The notes: a model not told the origin generated them from the letters alone. Positions 42,575 to 54,870 are shown, counted from the stretch's first letter. The stretch is DNA of 61,308 bases from an uncultured cyanobacterium (GCA_963807635.1 CAWEDJ010000009.1:1-61308); one strand, 5' to 3'. Numbers and translations: made by a program.

Positions 42575-43297
42575 TTATGGGGAAGAATAGGCTTCTGCCA
42601 CCGCCGCGACTAGGGCTAGGGCAACGGTTGGGGCGGTAATGGCTCTTAGAATTCTGTTTCCCAAGGAAACGGGGGTTAATCCTGCCGCGATCGCCTGTTC
42701 AATTTCGGCATCAGTCCAACCGCCTTCGGGGCCAGTGGCAATCAGCAGAGTTTCAGGTAAAGGCGTTGACAAATAGGACAGAAAAGAAGGGCTATTCCTA
42801 CGAGTAACACAAATATACCCGATTTGTCCCGAATCTTTAACCTTTATTAATGCTTCTGCAAAAGTCAGGGTCGGTGAAATAGTCGGAACCCGTTGACGTT
42901 CGGATTGTTCCGCCGCTTCCTGGGCGATTCGTTGCCATCTCTCTAATTTCTGGGGACTAGGTTTAAGTAAGGTGCGATCGCTGATCACAGGCATAAAGTG
43001 ACTCACGCCCAATTCGGTACAGGGGCGAATAATTTCTTCAAAACCACTTCCCTTGGGTAAAGCCACCAATAAGGTGACCTGGGTTGATAATTCTCCCGAT
43101 TCCGCAAATAGATCTGAGCAAATTCGCTTGATCTTGCTCGCAATTGGCAGCCAGGTCTGACCATTCCCGTCCATCGCCACAAAGCGATCGCCATCTTGAA
43201 AACGAAGAACTCGCTTGAGGTAATGACACTGATCGGTCGTCAACTGAATTCGACCATTGCTTAACTGTTCGGGGGAAACGACTAATCGGTAAACCAC
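42575..43297 (-). CDS. rsmE: 16S rRNA m3U1498 methyltransferase; short internal out-of-frame stretch from compensating indels ~43110-43150
   Basis: HYLKRVLR, CTELGV, EAAEQSER, GPEGGW, LGNRILRA.TA. Confidence 0.92.
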   Translation of the reverse strand: MVYRLVVSPEQLSNGRIQLTTDQCHYLKRVLRFQDGDRFVAMDGNGQTWLPIASKIKRICSDLFAESGELSTQVTLLVALPKGSGFEEIIRPCTELGVSHFMPVISDRTLLKPSPQKLERWQRIAQEAAEQSERQRVPTISPTLTFAEALIKVKDSGQIGYICVTRRNSPSFLSYLSTPLPETLLIATGPEGGWTDAEIEQAIAAGLTPVSLGNRILRAITAPTVALALVAAVAEAYSSP

Positions 43298-43364
43298 AAT
43301 AACACCAAAAAACTAGAAAAATCTATAGTAGATCTTCCTAGTTAACTCTGGATAATTTTTTTAA

Positions 43365-43437
43365 TACCCCCAAGGGAATTCGAATCCCTGTCGCCTCCGT
43401 GAAAGGGAGGTGTCCTAGGCCTCTAGACGATGGGGGC
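43365..43437 (-). tRNA. trnE: tRNA-Glu(UUC)
   Basis: GCCCCCATCGTCTAGAGGCCTAGGACACCTCCCTTTCACGGAGGCGACAGGGATTCGAATTCCCTTGGGGGTA folds as a cloverleaf with anticodon TTC; CCA not encoded. Confidence 0.97.
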
Positions 43438-43643
43438 AGGTTGTTGCCTGCTTTGTTTTTCAGACCTTTATTACTATAACGAGAAGTCTTTTAAAAGTCA
43501 ATAGTCTTTTTAAAGATAATTTTGCGATCGAGCATAAATGATTCATTTCGCCCTAGATTGATCTGCTGATTTTACTCAAATACGCTTGTTTATTGGATTT
43601 TTGCGGGAATTAAAGTTCTTTGCGAGAAAAATAAATCCTGCGT

Positions 43644-43811
43644 GTGAGCCAGCAAGGTTTTCGTCCTCACCTAGACGAAATCTTAACCTCAAAGTTCAAG
43701 ACAGAAATAGTAGCTACGGTCAAAACGGTGCTAGAAAGTGCTTTGAAGGAAAAAGTGACAGAATTTCTCAAGACGAAAGAGAAAGAGACGTATCGCTCTG
43801 GGTTACTTTAG
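43644..43811 (+). pseudogene. IS256-family transposase N-terminal remnant
   Basis: Manual translation VSQQGFRPHLDEILTSKFKTEIVATVKTVLESALKEKVTEFLKTKEKETYRSG(YF) matches the LE.AL.E...YR.GY pattern. Confidence 0.55.
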
Positions 43812-45219
43812 TTGAATTCGATAAATGAGCGATCCTTTTTTCGCAAAGTCTTGTAATAAATTTAAGCGTTGATTTTGGGCAAAAACCTGTTGTAATATCT
43901 GTCCAAGTCTCTCTACATTTAATCCTTCTTTTGTTTGTAAACTAACTTCTTGAGCTTGGAAATATTCTACTAAACTCAATCCTGCAACACGAGTTAAATA
44001 AGCCGCGCTCATTCCCTGAATAGCTCCTCCTGCGAGATAAGTCACGGCATTAGTTTTGAGTAAACTGCCTAAACTTTGAGTCGTTAATTCTACTAAACCT
44101 AGTTTAACTATTAATTCTCCTAATTCCTTGGCAACCGTTTGGGCTTGAGTAAAAGAAAATTTTTGTTGATAAATACCGCTCAAATCTAGAACCATCTGAC
44201 CATTAATCGCCGCCGTTGCTAACAAATCTAAACTCGCGACAGGATTTATTAAAGCCGTTCCCGCCGATAACCATTGATATTGTTCAATGACGGGTAAAGC
44301 GCGATCGCGTCGAGCTTGATTTAAGTGATCTTTGGCAGTTTGTTTAATTTGTTGAGCTTGTCGCCAAATTGTTCCTAGAATGAGGGTTTCTTTTTCTTGA
44401 CTAAAGAGAGCTAATAAATATTGATTTAAGGGTTCCAAATTAACCTTAGTTTCTTCTAAATATTCTTCAATCGTCCCATCCTCTTTATGTTTTCTGACCT
44501 TTAAGGGTTTTGGGGCAACGGAAATCGGAAATACACTAGATTTATCTAGAATACTACTGACTTGTTGCTGTACTTTTTGAAAAATTTCTACTCTTTCTTC
44601 GGGTAAATATTGATCCTGTTTATTAAAGAGTAATAGAAGACGATGGTGGGAATGATTTAAACGTTTTAGAAATTCCCATTCTGAATGTGTGATATTCCCC
44701 CGTAATTAAAAATAAGGTAATATCAAAATCTTTGAGATCTGCAATGGATTTTTCTCTATTTTCTGCGACTAATAAAGGCTCGGTTTCTTGCCAACTTAAG
44801 CTTTCGTCAGGAAACTTTTGGGTTAATAAATTTGAGAAATGCTTTTCCCCGTTCCTTTTCCCCCTGCTATACCAATTGTTAGAGTTTGACGGTCAAATTC
44901 ATTCACTAATAAGTTCAATCTTTGATTAAGTTCCGTAATATCCTGCTCAGGAACTTCTACGGCCAAATGCTCTACCATAACTGTGAGAATCGGCGATCAC
45001 GTTTGCAACCGTTTCCCGTGTGAGAGGAACGACAGGCGAAGCCATCACGTTCGGCGATCGGCTTTTCCACTTCCAAGCAATAAATCCCAAACCTGCTGTT
45101 CCCCAAAAAAGCCATTGACTGGCATCTAAGATTTGGGCGTGAAAACTCTGCCATCCTAACAGCAATAGAGAAAGCCCAATTCCCCCGACTAACAAGGGTT
45201 TACGCCCTAGAAATGCCAT
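43803..45219 (-). CDS. YcjF/DUF697-family protein, broken by several indels
   Basis: N-terminal PLLVGGIGLS; C-terminal NPVASLDLLATAAINGQMV, QGMSAAYLTRVAG. Confidence 0.75.
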
Positions 45220-45570
45220 TTTTCTATTCTCCCCAGCGATGATTAGCTTTTTTTGACCGATTAAATGCTACCGTATCGAGTTCCAGTGTTGATCGGTCTT
45301 TTAATTTATCTTTAATTATGCTACCCCAGAGCGGATACATTCTAAAGGATACGAGATTTTTTCAACCGTTTTCATTATCGTTCTGCTACTCAACTATTTT
45401 AAAGATTTTGGTTATTATTATTTTGATGTATGGAATCGCTAGTCACCATTATTTGCTAAAATCATGTGAATAATAAATATTTTTGCCATTAAAAGCATGA
45501 AACAAATGAATCAACAATTTCTTTTAATCTATATTTTCTGTTACACCGTTCCTTACAATTATCAAAACAA

Positions 45571-46371
45571 TTGAATAATTTGTGGTTAATCACGACTTAT
45601 TTTCCTCCTCACAAGAAAAATGGCAGCCGTCTGTTAGAAACAGCGATAGCCCAACCCCATGATCCCATTTTAATTGCTCATTTTCGTCAATCTTGGAAAT
45701 CTTCTGCACAGCCAGTTTTAGCAAGGGGAATCGACAAGTGTAACTACGTTGTCAAAGGGCAGCAAGCGGGTCGCCAAATTGTAAATGATCAGATTATTGC
45801 TCGATTAAGGAGCAACCCTTCATGAACCGATTCCAGCAACCTATATCGTCGAACTAGATGAAGACCTCTTGAATGCTATCCTGATTTTGATTTTCTGACA
45901 CCTGGCACGGCTCATGCGACCCTTTATGTTCCCGATTGTATAGATAATAGAGAACTTGAGGGTTACTATACTCAGCGCACAGAAAATCGATTAAGATTAG
46001 CATTACTGTGTGTTCTCTATGGTTGGGTTCAAGCAAATGATCATCAATTTATTTTTGAAAAACAACAACCAAATTTAGTTTATTCTGTTGATCATGGTCA
46101 TTTTTTCCCTCATGGGCCTGATTGGACGATACAAAACTTACTCCAGGCATCTCCTGCAAGGCTTGATGAACGTTTGTGTAAAGCTTGCGATTTTAACAAT
46201 AAGTCAGAGGAAATCAGAAAAGCATTGTCTAACTTAGAATCCGTAACAGAAACTCAAATTATTTCAGCCGTTGCATCTCCTCCTACGGAATGGGGACTTA
46301 CAATGGAAGAAAGAAGTTTTATGATTGAATATTTAGTTCAGCGCAAACAGCAACTAATTAACCTTCTATAA
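45571..46371 (+). CDS. HipA-like (HipA_2-type) kinase; frameshifts ~45808 and ~45872; start uncertain
   Basis: Reconstructed: SSAQPVLARGID..NYVVKG...IVNDQIIARLG..LHEPIP..YIVEL...GTAHAT...LYGWVQANDHQFIF...VYSVDHGHFFP...PPTEWG. Confidence 0.75.
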
Positions 46372-46394
46372 CTCATTCACTCTCAGTTAACGCT

Positions 46395-47234
46395 ATGGTC
46401 AGCAGATACAGTATTATTCAGTACGTTCCTAATCCGATCGCCGACGAGCGGATGAATATTGGTGTTCTTGCTTTTGACAACGAAAACGTTAGAGTGCAAT
46501 TTTTAAAAAATTGGAGTCGAGTACATGATTTTGGTGGTGAAAACATCAGATTCTTAAGAGACTTTGCAAAAAAAATGCAGAATTCAGTTGAAAAAGAAAT
46601 CTTCTTCGCAAAAAATGGAGACAAAAACATTTCTCGACAGGAATATTTAAAAAAGATTACGCAAGAATCGATTAATAGTATTCAGTTTACGGAGTCAAAA
46701 GCATCATTGATGGATGTAGATACTTTATTAGAGGATATTGTATCAATATGTCTGATTGATCCCATAACTAAGAAAGCCTTACTGCGAGATCGTCAAGGAG
46801 CTTCTAAATTAGCCACCTCTCAAATTAAGCAAGCTGTGACTAAATATCTAGGGGGTGACTCCGAAGGATTGCTCCAAAAACAATATTCAATATCAGGGAA
46901 ACACGAAAAACATGAGTTTGACATTGCGGTAGCTAATGGGCATCCTTACTTTGCAACTCATGGTGTTTCCTTTGAAATTAACCCTTCTAAAAATTTATTA
47001 GATGCTCTTTCTTATTCGATTATTGACATAAAGGAGTTGGATCAAAATATTCCGTTGGGAATTTTCGTGCTACCTCCAAAAAAAGATTTATCCAAAAATT
47101 ATAGTGATCTTCAAAAAATCTATAATAGTCGAACTGAAACCTTTCGGGAAATTGGGGCTGAGGTTCTTAAAGAAGATGAATTAAATGATTGGGTTCACTC
47201 CGTTCTTGTAAGTACAAATTTAATAGAAGTTTGA
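46395..47234 (+). CDS. DUF3037-domain protein with C-terminal extension
   Basis: YSIIQYVPNPIADERMNIGV is the DUF3037 N-terminal signature; starts 23 bp after the kinase stop. Confidence 0.8.
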   Translation: MVSRYSIIQYVPNPIADERMNIGVLAFDNENVRVQFLKNWSRVHDFGGENIRFLRDFAKKMQNSVEKEIFFAKNGDKNISRQEYLKKITQESINSIQFTESKASLMDVDTLLEDIVSICLIDPITKKALLRDRQGASKLATSQIKQAVTKYLGGDSEGLLQKQYSISGKHEKHEFDIAVANGHPYFATHGVSFEINPSKNLLDALSYSIIDIKELDQNIPLGIFVLPPKKDLSKNYSDLQKIYNSRTETFREIGAEVLKEDELNDWVHSVLVSTNLIEV

Positions 47235-47332
47235 ATCCCAAGCGGAATAAGAAATAACACTGCATTCTAAGAATTTTTTAAACAGAGGTACTATGATCGA
47301 TTTCCCGTAAAAACAAACTAATTTAAGAATTT

Positions 47333-48619
47333 TTACAGAATCTCCCGTCTTAAATAGGGTTGCAAAACGTCAGGAATTTTGACCGTTCCATCAGCTTGTT
47401 GATAATTTTCTAAAATCGCGGCCATGGTTCGTCCCACTGCTAACCCCGAACCGTTTAAGGTATGGACAAATTGGGTTCCTTTTTTACCTTTTTCCTTAAA
47501 ACGAATATTGGCTCTTCGTGCTTGAAAATCATGAAAATTAGAACAACTGGAAATTTCTCGATAGGTTTCTGAAGAAGGCAACCAAACTTCTAGGTCATAA
47601 CATTTCGCCGCCCCAAAACCTAGATCTCCCGTACATAATTCAATCACACGATAGGGTAATTTTAAGGCTTGTAAAATGGCTTCTGCATTTTGAACCAGAG
47701 CTTCATGTTCTGCGGCTGAAGTTTCAGGTTTAACCAGTTTGACTAATTCAACTTTATTAAATTGATGTAGCCGAATTAATCCCTTCGTATCGCGTCCATA
47801 GCTCCCTGCTTCTCGACGAAAACAAGGGGTATAGGCACAATGTTTAATGGGTAATTGCTCAGCCTCTAAAACTTCATCTCGATAAAGATTAGTGACAGGA
47901 ACTTCTGCTGTGGGAATCAACCATAAATCATCATCCTTACATTGAAAAAGGTCTTCAGCAAATTTGGGCAGTTGGGATGTACCTTCTAGAGAATCACTAT
48001 TCACTAAAATAGGGGGTAAAACTTCCAGATAACCCGCATTGATTTGGGTATCTAACATGAAATTAATTAAGGCTCTTTCTAGGGCGGCTCCTGCTCCCAT
48101 TAAGCTAACAAAACGACTTTGGGCAACTTTAACCGCTTTTTTCGTATCCAGAATACCGAGCTTTTCGCCAATTTCCCAGTGGGGCAAAATATCAACATTA
48201 ATCGGCAAATATTCATCGCCCCAACGACGGATTTCTACATTTTCTCTTTCATCTTTACCAATCGGAGTGGAGTCACTAGGCAGGTTGGGTAATTGTAATA
48301 ATAAATTTCTTAATTGCGTTTTAATTTCTTTTTCCTGGGGGTCTAATTCACTGACTTGATTTTTAATCTCTTGACCTTCTATTTTTAATTCTGCAACTTC
48401 TTCCTCACTTCCTTCTTGACGACTTTTGTGACCCACTAATTTTCCGATTTCGTTACTACGAGCATTTAACTGAGTGCGTGTTACTTCTAATTCCCGTTGC
48501 TGTTGGTCTAATTTTAAAATGGTTTGTAGCGTTTCACCATATTCCGCCGTGCTGCTACGGCTTTTCAATTTTTCTTCAATTAAACTGAGATTGTCACGAA
48601 TTTGTTTAATGTCTAACAC
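47333..48619 (-). CDS. serS: Seryl-tRNA synthetase
   Basis: [46 protein letters not shown]. Confidence 0.98.
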   Translation of the reverse strand: MLDIKQIRDNLSLIEEKLKSRSSTAEYGETLQTILKLDQQQRELEVTRTQLNARSNEIGKLVGHKSRQEGSEEEVAELKIEGQEIKNQVSELDPQEKEIKTQLRNLLLQLPNLPSDSTPIGKDERENVEIRRWGDEYLPINVDILPHWEIGEKLGILDTKKAVKVAQSRFVSLMGAGAALERALINFMLDTQINAGYLEVLPPILVNSDSLEGTSQLPKFAEDLFQCKDDDLWLIPTAEVPVTNLYRDEVLEAEQLPIKHCAYTPCFRREAGSYGRDTKGLIRLHQFNKVELVKLVKPETSAAEHEALVQNAEAILQALKLPYRVIELCTGDLGFGAAKCYDLEVWLPSSETYREISSCSNFHDFQARRANIRFKEKGKKGTQFVHTLNGSGLAVGRTMAAILENYQQADGTVKIPDVLQPYLRREIL

Positions 48620-48647
48620 GGATAAGTTTTCCTCCTTGGGGGAAATT

Positions 48648-50249
48648 CTAGGATTTTTTGAATTTTTTAGTGATACGTTCTGTTAATAAATCAACTTCGG
48701 GCAATTTTAATTGCATGGCTAAGATGCTAAAAATTCCCACAACCACCCCACAGGATAGGGCTAACTGTAATAATTCTAAAACTAAATTACCCGTCCCCAA
48801 TATTTTTTCTAGTTGTCCACTGACTCCCCAACCCGCAAGTCCCGCGATCGCGCTGATCCCTGTCAAACTCAAAAGAGATAGTAACCATTCGCCAAAGGGT
48901 AAGCCATGAAGACGACGATGGAGCATCATCAAAAAAATGATCATGGAAATAATATTCACACTGACGGTGGCAAAGATTAAACCAGAGGTGCCAAAGGGCT
49001 TGTAAAAGAAAAAATCGAGTACGCCATTGAGAAAAATATTGAGAATACTCACGCGGAAGGGAATTTGAGCATCTTCTAGGGCATAGAAAACCCGAACCAA
49101 GACATCCCGCCCTAAATAGAAAAACATTCCTGCTCCATAGGCCATTAAAACGGGAACTACATCCTGGGAGGCGGCGGCATTAAAGGCTCCTCGTTGATAA
49201 ATAATGCGGACAATGGGGGTCGATAGTCCCAAGAAAATCGCCGTTAGGGGCAACATTGTCAGGGCAGTTAGAAGTAAACCTTGTCGGACTTTGATCTTGA
49301 GTTCAGGATAATTTTCAGGCGTTGCTAGGCGCGAAAAAATGGGCATAAAGGGGACTAAAATCATGTTAGAAATAATCCCCAACGGTGTGAGCGCGATAAA
49401 GTTGGCATAACGCATGGATGCCGCCGCATTTTCAATAAAAGATGCAAAAAAGAGGTCGGTAGAAACATTGATATAAAGCATTCCCGAAGAAAGGGTTGCA
49501 GGAATCATGACTTTTAATACATCCGTAACCCCAGGAAGCCGCCAATCAAAACGAAATCGCAGTTTCCCCATGCCTGCCTTGCTCTGGGCTGCAATCTGGG
49601 CCAACCATTGCAAAACGCCGCCTGCCATTGTTCCCCCTGCTAATAATAAGGAACCGAGCAGGGCATATTGGGGAGTATTTAATTTGGGGCCGAGATAAGC
49701 CAGGGTAATTCCCAAAGGCAGAATGACGGTAATACTAGAAAGCAACGGGCTAATACTAGGGAGCCAATACTGATCGGCGGCGTTTAAGGCTCCAAAACCA
49801 ATACCGATTAATCCTGCGAGTAAGGCCAAGGGAGCCATGATCTGCAATTGCTGAACGGCGATCGCCCTGGAGGGAGGATTCAGACCTGGAGCAAGGAGAT
49901 CAATAAAAATACCCGCAAAAACAATTAAAATAATTGTTACAACCAGTAAAATGCTACTGACTAAGGTCGTGACGGTTTCCACTAGGGGCCCAGCTTCGGA
50001 TTTGTCCCGTTTTGATAAAACACTAATCAAGGCACTGTGGAAAGGCCCATTGATTCCACCGAGGAGGATCAACAAAAATCCAGGAATGACATAGGCATAG
50101 GAATAGGCATTGACCACCGCCCCCACGCCAAAGGCCGCCGCAATGATTTGTTCGCGTACTAACCCAAAAACTTTGCTGATTAGGGTCGCGATCGCAACAA
50201 TACCAGCGATATTGGCAACCGAACGGGAGGCTTTTTTGGAATCAGACAC
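48648..50249 (-). CDS. murJ: Lipid II flippase MurJ (MviN)
   Basis: [30 protein letters not shown]; multiple TM segments. Confidence 0.93.
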   Translation of the reverse strand: MSDSKKASRSVANIAGIVAIATLISKVFGLVREQIIAAAFGVGAVVNAYSYAYVIPGFLLILLGGINGPFHSALISVLSKRDKSEAGPLVETVTTLVSSILLVVTIILIVFAGIFIDLLAPGLNPPSRAIAVQQLQIMAPLALLAGLIGIGFGALNAADQYWLPSISPLLSSITVILPLGITLAYLGPKLNTPQYALLGSLLLAGGTMAGGVLQWLAQIAAQSKAGMGKLRFRFDWRLPGVTDVLKVMIPATLSSGMLYINVSTDLFFASFIENAAASMRYANFIALTPLGIISNMILVPFMPIFSRLATPENYPELKIKVRQGLLLTALTMLPLTAIFLGLSTPIVRIIYQRGAFNAAASQDVVPVLMAYGAGMFFYLGRDVLVRVFYALEDAQIPFRVSILNIFLNGVLDFFFYKPFGTSGLIFATVSVNIISMIIFLMMLHRRLHGLPFGEWLLSLLSLTGISAIAGLAGWGVSGQLEKILGTGNLVLELLQLALSCGVVVGIFSILAMQLKLPEVDLLTERITKKFKKS

Positions 50250-50450
50250 AATTTCTTTTATCGGCTCTTCAAATTAGCATTATTACTTTACACCCTATTC
50301 GCTCTATTCCTAGATTGTTGCACCGACCAGAAAAATTTTGCTCAAACGCGATCGCATTTTTTCTCTTTTGTGGGAAAGGGCGATCACTTCTTAAGATCAA
50401 CAGAAAAATAGTTGTTTTTAGATTTAGGGTTTTTAAACTGACTGACGTTC

Positions 50451-51613
50451 TTAAAGACTACTGACAAATTTTTCCAGTCGATCTAATCCTTTTTTGATAG
50501 TTTCCATATTGGTGGCATAGGAAAGGCGAATACAGTCATCGGCACCAAAGGCAATGCCTGGAATGACCGCGACTTCTTGTTGTTCTAAAATGGCATCGGA
50601 AAATTGCAGAGAAGTCATGCCCGTTTGACTAATATCCACAAACACATAAAAGGCTCCCATTGGATTAGAACAACTGAGTTTGGGGATGACACGAATGCCT
50701 TCTACGATCACTTTTCTGCGTTCGGTGAATGCTTTTAACATCGTCTCCACACATTCCTGGGAAGATTCCAAGGCCGCGATCGCGCCATATTGAGCAAAGG
50801 TACAAACATTAGAGGTACTGTGACCCTGAATAATGCTGGTTGCTTTAATTAATTCCAGAGGGCCAGCCAGATAACCCACACGCCATCCCGTCATAGAATA
50901 GCTTTTCGCAAACCCATTACTAATAATCGTTCGCTTAAAGGTTTCTTCATTGACCGCCCCAATACTCAAATGTTCAATGCCATCGTAGAGGAGTCTTTCA
51001 TAGATTTCATCGGAAACTACCAAAATATCTTTCTCAACAACGACCTCCGCTAAGGCGCGAATTTCATCGGGCGTATAAACACTCCCCGTTGGATTAGAAG
51101 GAGAATTGAGGATAAATAATTTGGTACGAGGGGTGATGGCTTGGCGGAGTTGATCGGGCGTAATTTTGTAATCATTCGCGGCGGTGGTGCTAACAATGAC
51201 AGGCGTACCTTCGGCCAGTTTCACCATTTCGGGATAACTCAACCAATAGGGCGCGGGAATAATAACCTCATCCCCTGTTTCAATTAGAGCCAACATTAGG
51301 TTAAACAGAGAATGTTTGCCGCCGTTGGTCACAATGACATTTTGGGCAGCGTAGTCTAACCCATTATGTTGTTGAAGTTTTGTCGCGATCGCCTGGCGTA
51401 GGGCCATTTCTCCTGCGGCGGGGCCATACCGAGTTTTTCCCTGATCTGAGCCAATTTTGCGGCTTCTTTAATATGGTCGGGGGTATCAAAATCAGGTTCT
51501 CCCGCCGTAAAACTACAGACATCAATGCCTTCTTCCCGCATTTTCTTGGCTTTAGCGGTGATTTCTAACGTAATGGAGGGCGGAACTTGACTAATACGCT
51601 GTGTCAGTTTCAT
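50451..51613 (-). CDS. aspC: PLP-dependent class I aspartate aminotransferase; frameshift ~51445
   Basis: [36 protein letters not shown]. Confidence 0.85.
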
Positions 51614-51703
51614 CGTAACTATCCCTAAAGTCTGTTCTGTAGTTTTGATTAAAAGTTACCCACGAATTGTTCGCCATGAGCGAAAGTAAAATTTTACGCC
51701 GCT

Positions 51704-52885
51704 CTAAAAACCATCCATCCCTTCCGAAGGGATAGCCACCACGCGATCATCAATGGGAATGTAGGAAAGGTTGTGTTCCCCCACATAAATTTGGGTCGGA
51801 CGATAGATTTTATTAACTGCTAGTTGTTCTTTCCAATGGGCTAACCAACCTGCAACCCGCGCGATCGCAAAAATGGGAGTAAAAAGATCGGTGGGAATTC
51901 CCAATTTACGGTAGAGCAGACCCGAATAGAAATCCACATTGGGATAAATCCCCTTTTCCCTACCCACGTACTCTTCAACAACTTTTTCTAATTCAATGGC
52001 GATCGCATAATATTCATCGTGGCCCATTTTTTCAAACAATTGTTCGGCTAAATTTTGCAGAATTGTGGCACGAGGATCTTTGACCTTATAGACGCGATGG
52101 CCAAAACCCATGATTTTTTGTTTCGTTGCCAAACATTTTTCCACGTAGGGACGAACATTTTCCACCGAGCCAATTTCTTCGAGCATGATCAGCACTTCTT
52201 CATTGGCTCCTCCATGTAAAGGGCCAGCCAAGGTTCCCACCGCCGAAGCAACCACCGCGTAGGGATCGGTGAGGGTTGAAGCCGTCACTCTCGCTGAAAA
52301 AGTCGAGGCATTCATCGTGTGTTCAGCGTGGAGGGTATAACAAATGTCGAGAATTTGCGCCGCGAGGGGATCGGGCTTACGTTCCGTCAACATATAGAGA
52401 AAATTGGCCGCATAATCCAAATCATCATTGGGTTGGATGGGATCATTGCCTTTCCGAATCATGTGGAAGGCTGCGACCATCGTGGGAATTTTCGCCAATA
52501 ACCGCACCACTGCGGCCCGAATATACTGGGGATCATCCAAGGCACGACGGGCATAAAATAGCCCCAAAGCCGCCGCCGAAGTTTGCAAAGCATCCATTGG
52601 GTGACCCGAACCAGGAAAACATTTCATCATATCCCGAATGTGGTACTTAACGCGACGATGGTAACGGATTTCGGTTTGAAACTCTTCAAGTTCTTCGGCG
52701 GTCGGCAGTTTTCCCCAAATTAATAAATAGGCCGTTTCAATAAAACTACTTTTTTGGGCTAATTCCTGGATAGAAATGCCACGATATTCTAAAATTCCTT
52801 TTTCTCCATCCACATAACTCACACGGGATTTTGCCGCAGGAACCCCCGCCAAACCATCTTTAAAGTCATCCATTTTTGTCACCAT
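51704..52885 (-). CDS. gltA: Citrate synthase
   Basis: HAEH..NAST, GPLHGGANE, MGFGHRVYK, YPNVDFYSG. Confidence 0.97.
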   Translation of the reverse strand: MVTKMDDFKDGLAGVPAAKSRVSYVDGEKGILEYRGISIQELAQKSSFIETAYLLIWGKLPTAEELEEFQTEIRYHRRVKYHIRDMMKCFPGSGHPMDALQTSAAALGLFYARRALDDPQYIRAAVVRLLAKIPTMVAAFHMIRKGNDPIQPNDDLDYAANFLYMLTERKPDPLAAQILDICYTLHAEHTMNASTFSARVTASTLTDPYAVVASAVGTLAGPLHGGANEEVLIMLEEIGSVENVRPYVEKCLATKQKIMGFGHRVYKVKDPRATILQNLAEQLFEKMGHDEYYAIAIELEKVVEEYVGREKGIYPNVDFYSGLLYRKLGIPTDLFTPIFAIARVAGWLAHWKEQLAVNKIYRPTQIYVGEHNLSYIPIDDRVVAIPSEGMDGF

Positions 52886-52999
52886 AAAAACTAATCTTGT
52901 AGGGAATCGATCAAAGGAAGAGTCTCCAGATACCTTACCCTAAAATTGCTCCTAAAATCCGTTTGAACTGGGGGAATGTGTTAAGAAATGCTCATTAAT

Positions 53000-53492
53000 C
53001 TAGTTGAACCATTTAGGGGAAGTCAAGAGAAATAATTGGCCCTGTCCAAGGGGAGAGGCAACGGGGGGAACAGATAGGCCAATAATACCCGCTTTTTTCA
53101 AAATCAGCTTTTCCCCAATTTCTCCCCAAATGAGTTGTTCTGCCCAGTCGCTTAAATCGGGTTGATGACCCACCAGGGCGATCGCACCTTCGGTTTTCGT
53201 GTAATCCAACTCTGTCCAGGTTGGCAAAAAGTCTTTGATGTTGCCCCCTGGGGAAAGAGGAATAAATTCTTCAACCACATTACTTAAACCAATTTCTAGC
53301 AAAATTTGGGCGGTTTGTTTGGCGCGTACTAGGGGACTGGTGAGAATGCGATCAAATTTTACGCCGATTTGTCTGATTTTTTGGGCAATGCGGGCTGTTT
53401 TTTCTCGACCTTTAGCGGTTAAGGGCGATCGCGATCGTATTCATACTCCGACGGATCGCCGCAATACCATGACGAATGAAATAAATATCCAT
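53000..53492 (-). CDS. sixA: Phosphohistidine phosphatase SixA; indels ~53430-53460
   Basis: ATG at 53492 gives MDIYFIRHGIA; TSPLVRAKQTA; LVGHQPDL; usual gltA neighbour. Confidence 0.85.
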
Positions 53493-53618
53493 AGATAATC
53501 TTAAAAAAAGAAATTTTTAAATGAGTTCAAAAAAAGCATTCTTAATCTAATTTCGGAGACGAATAGCCTCCAAGTTTGGAGAAGAGAAACGAAGCATTAA
53601 CCCCTGTTCTCCCATCAA

Positions 53619-53719
53619 TAAGCTGTTCATTATGTAAAGCACTTACGGGCAAGGGGCTTAAGCCCCTTGTTACAAGACTTTCAAAACAACCATTATGAAT
53701 CTAAATTTGTGACAACTTA
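53619..53719 (-). mobile_element. MITE-like element, family A, inverted copy
   Basis: TAAGCTGT...GACAACTTA with the same central palindrome; aligns end to end with the reverse complement of 7699-7801. Confidence 0.8.
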
Positions 53720-53723
53720 CTAT

Positions 53724-54569
53724 CTATTGATTGGCAAACTCTCCTAAATTAAACATGAAAGGGACGGCTCCTTTTTTGCTGTCTCCCATCACCAAAACCT
53801 TCGGGATTTGAGAGCCTCCTTGTCGCCACGCCTCGATCGCTTCTTTCTGTAACACCAACTCTCCCCCTTGGGCCTTGAGGGTTTCTGCTAATAAACGTTG
53901 AGCTTCGGCTTTCCCCTTAGCACGGTTAATATCTGCCTGAGCCTCCTGTTCTGCTTCCTGGGCGATATAAACGGCACGCTGGGCTCGTTGTTCAGCAATT
54001 TGTTTTTCTTCCACCGCACGAGCAAATTCAGGAGAAAAAGCCAAATCCACGACACTGGTATCGAGAACGATAATGCCGTACTTCGCCAAACGGGAACTGA
54101 GAGCATTATCAAAATCTTCTTTTAATTCACTGCGTCGCGTAATGGCCTCTTCTACCGTGCGTCTGGCAGCCGCTATTTTAAAAGATTCCTGGGTTTGGGG
54201 GGCAATGATTTTAGAGACAATATTTTGTAAAGACCCCTGTTTTCTACGAATTTCTACCACCTGTAGGGGATCTAGACGAAAATTGATCGCAAAACTCGCA
54301 CTTAAATTTTGTAAGTCCTTGGTGGAACTTTGGGCAGGAACTTCAAATTTTTGTACCGTCAAGTCATACATATCGACATTAGAAACAAAGGGCGGTTTGT
54401 AGTGTAAACCTTCTAATAAAGTTCCATCTTGGGCTTTTCCTAAAACACTTAAAACTCCTGCTTGGCCAGGATTAATAATGATAAAGGCGTTAAAACTAAT
54501 CAATACTAATAATGCCGCGAGAATTCCTCCTATAATGGGTTGCCAATTTTCTGATGATTGAGATTTCAT
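53724..54569 (-). CDS. SPFH/prohibitin-family membrane protein
   Basis: N-terminal TM; EGLH..PP, STKDLQ, FARAVEEKQIAEQ, AKGKAEA. Confidence 0.9.
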   Translation of the reverse strand: MKSQSSENWQPIIGGILAALLVLISFNAFIIINPGQAGVLSVLGKAQDGTLLEGLHYKPPFVSNVDMYDLTVQKFEVPAQSSTKDLQNLSASFAINFRLDPLQVVEIRRKQGSLQNIVSKIIAPQTQESFKIAAARRTVEEAITRRSELKEDFDNALSSRLAKYGIIVLDTSVVDLAFSPEFARAVEEKQIAEQRAQRAVYIAQEAEQEAQADINRAKGKAEAQRLLAETLKAQGGELVLQKEAIEAWRQGGSQIPKVLVMGDSKKGAVPFMFNLGEFANQ

Positions 54570-54870
54570 TATTATTTTCCTTTTTGATTGATTATAAATA
54601 AGACGAAATGGTAAAAGTACAATCCTCATCTATCTAATCTTATCGCGGTGTATCCTTGAATAGGAAAGAAGCTAGGGAACTAACTCCTTTATTTCCTAAA
54701 TATTGCGAATATCTTGCTCATGGGAACACCGTTACAATCTTAACCTAAATTTTAGCTTGAAATCCCATTGGTTTGTATCAACATTGACAACATTTACAAC
54801 CAGATTCGCTTCCTGCTACGTCTAGAGTCAAGAAAAATGATTCAAGAAATATCAAGATTTTGGTCACGAA

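Noticed and set aside
43586..43828. 80-aa ORF from the track
   Set aside because: Shadow frame of the IS256 remnant
43365..47330. tRNA-Glu-anchored integrative island containing the kinase module
   Set aside because: No integrase and no duplicated tRNA 3' end; the module lies on the 5' side of the tRNA with a core ycjF-like gene in between
54775..54788. NtcA-like GTA-N8-GAC between the SPFH gene and psaM
   Set aside because: One mismatch and no -10 at canonical spacing in either direction
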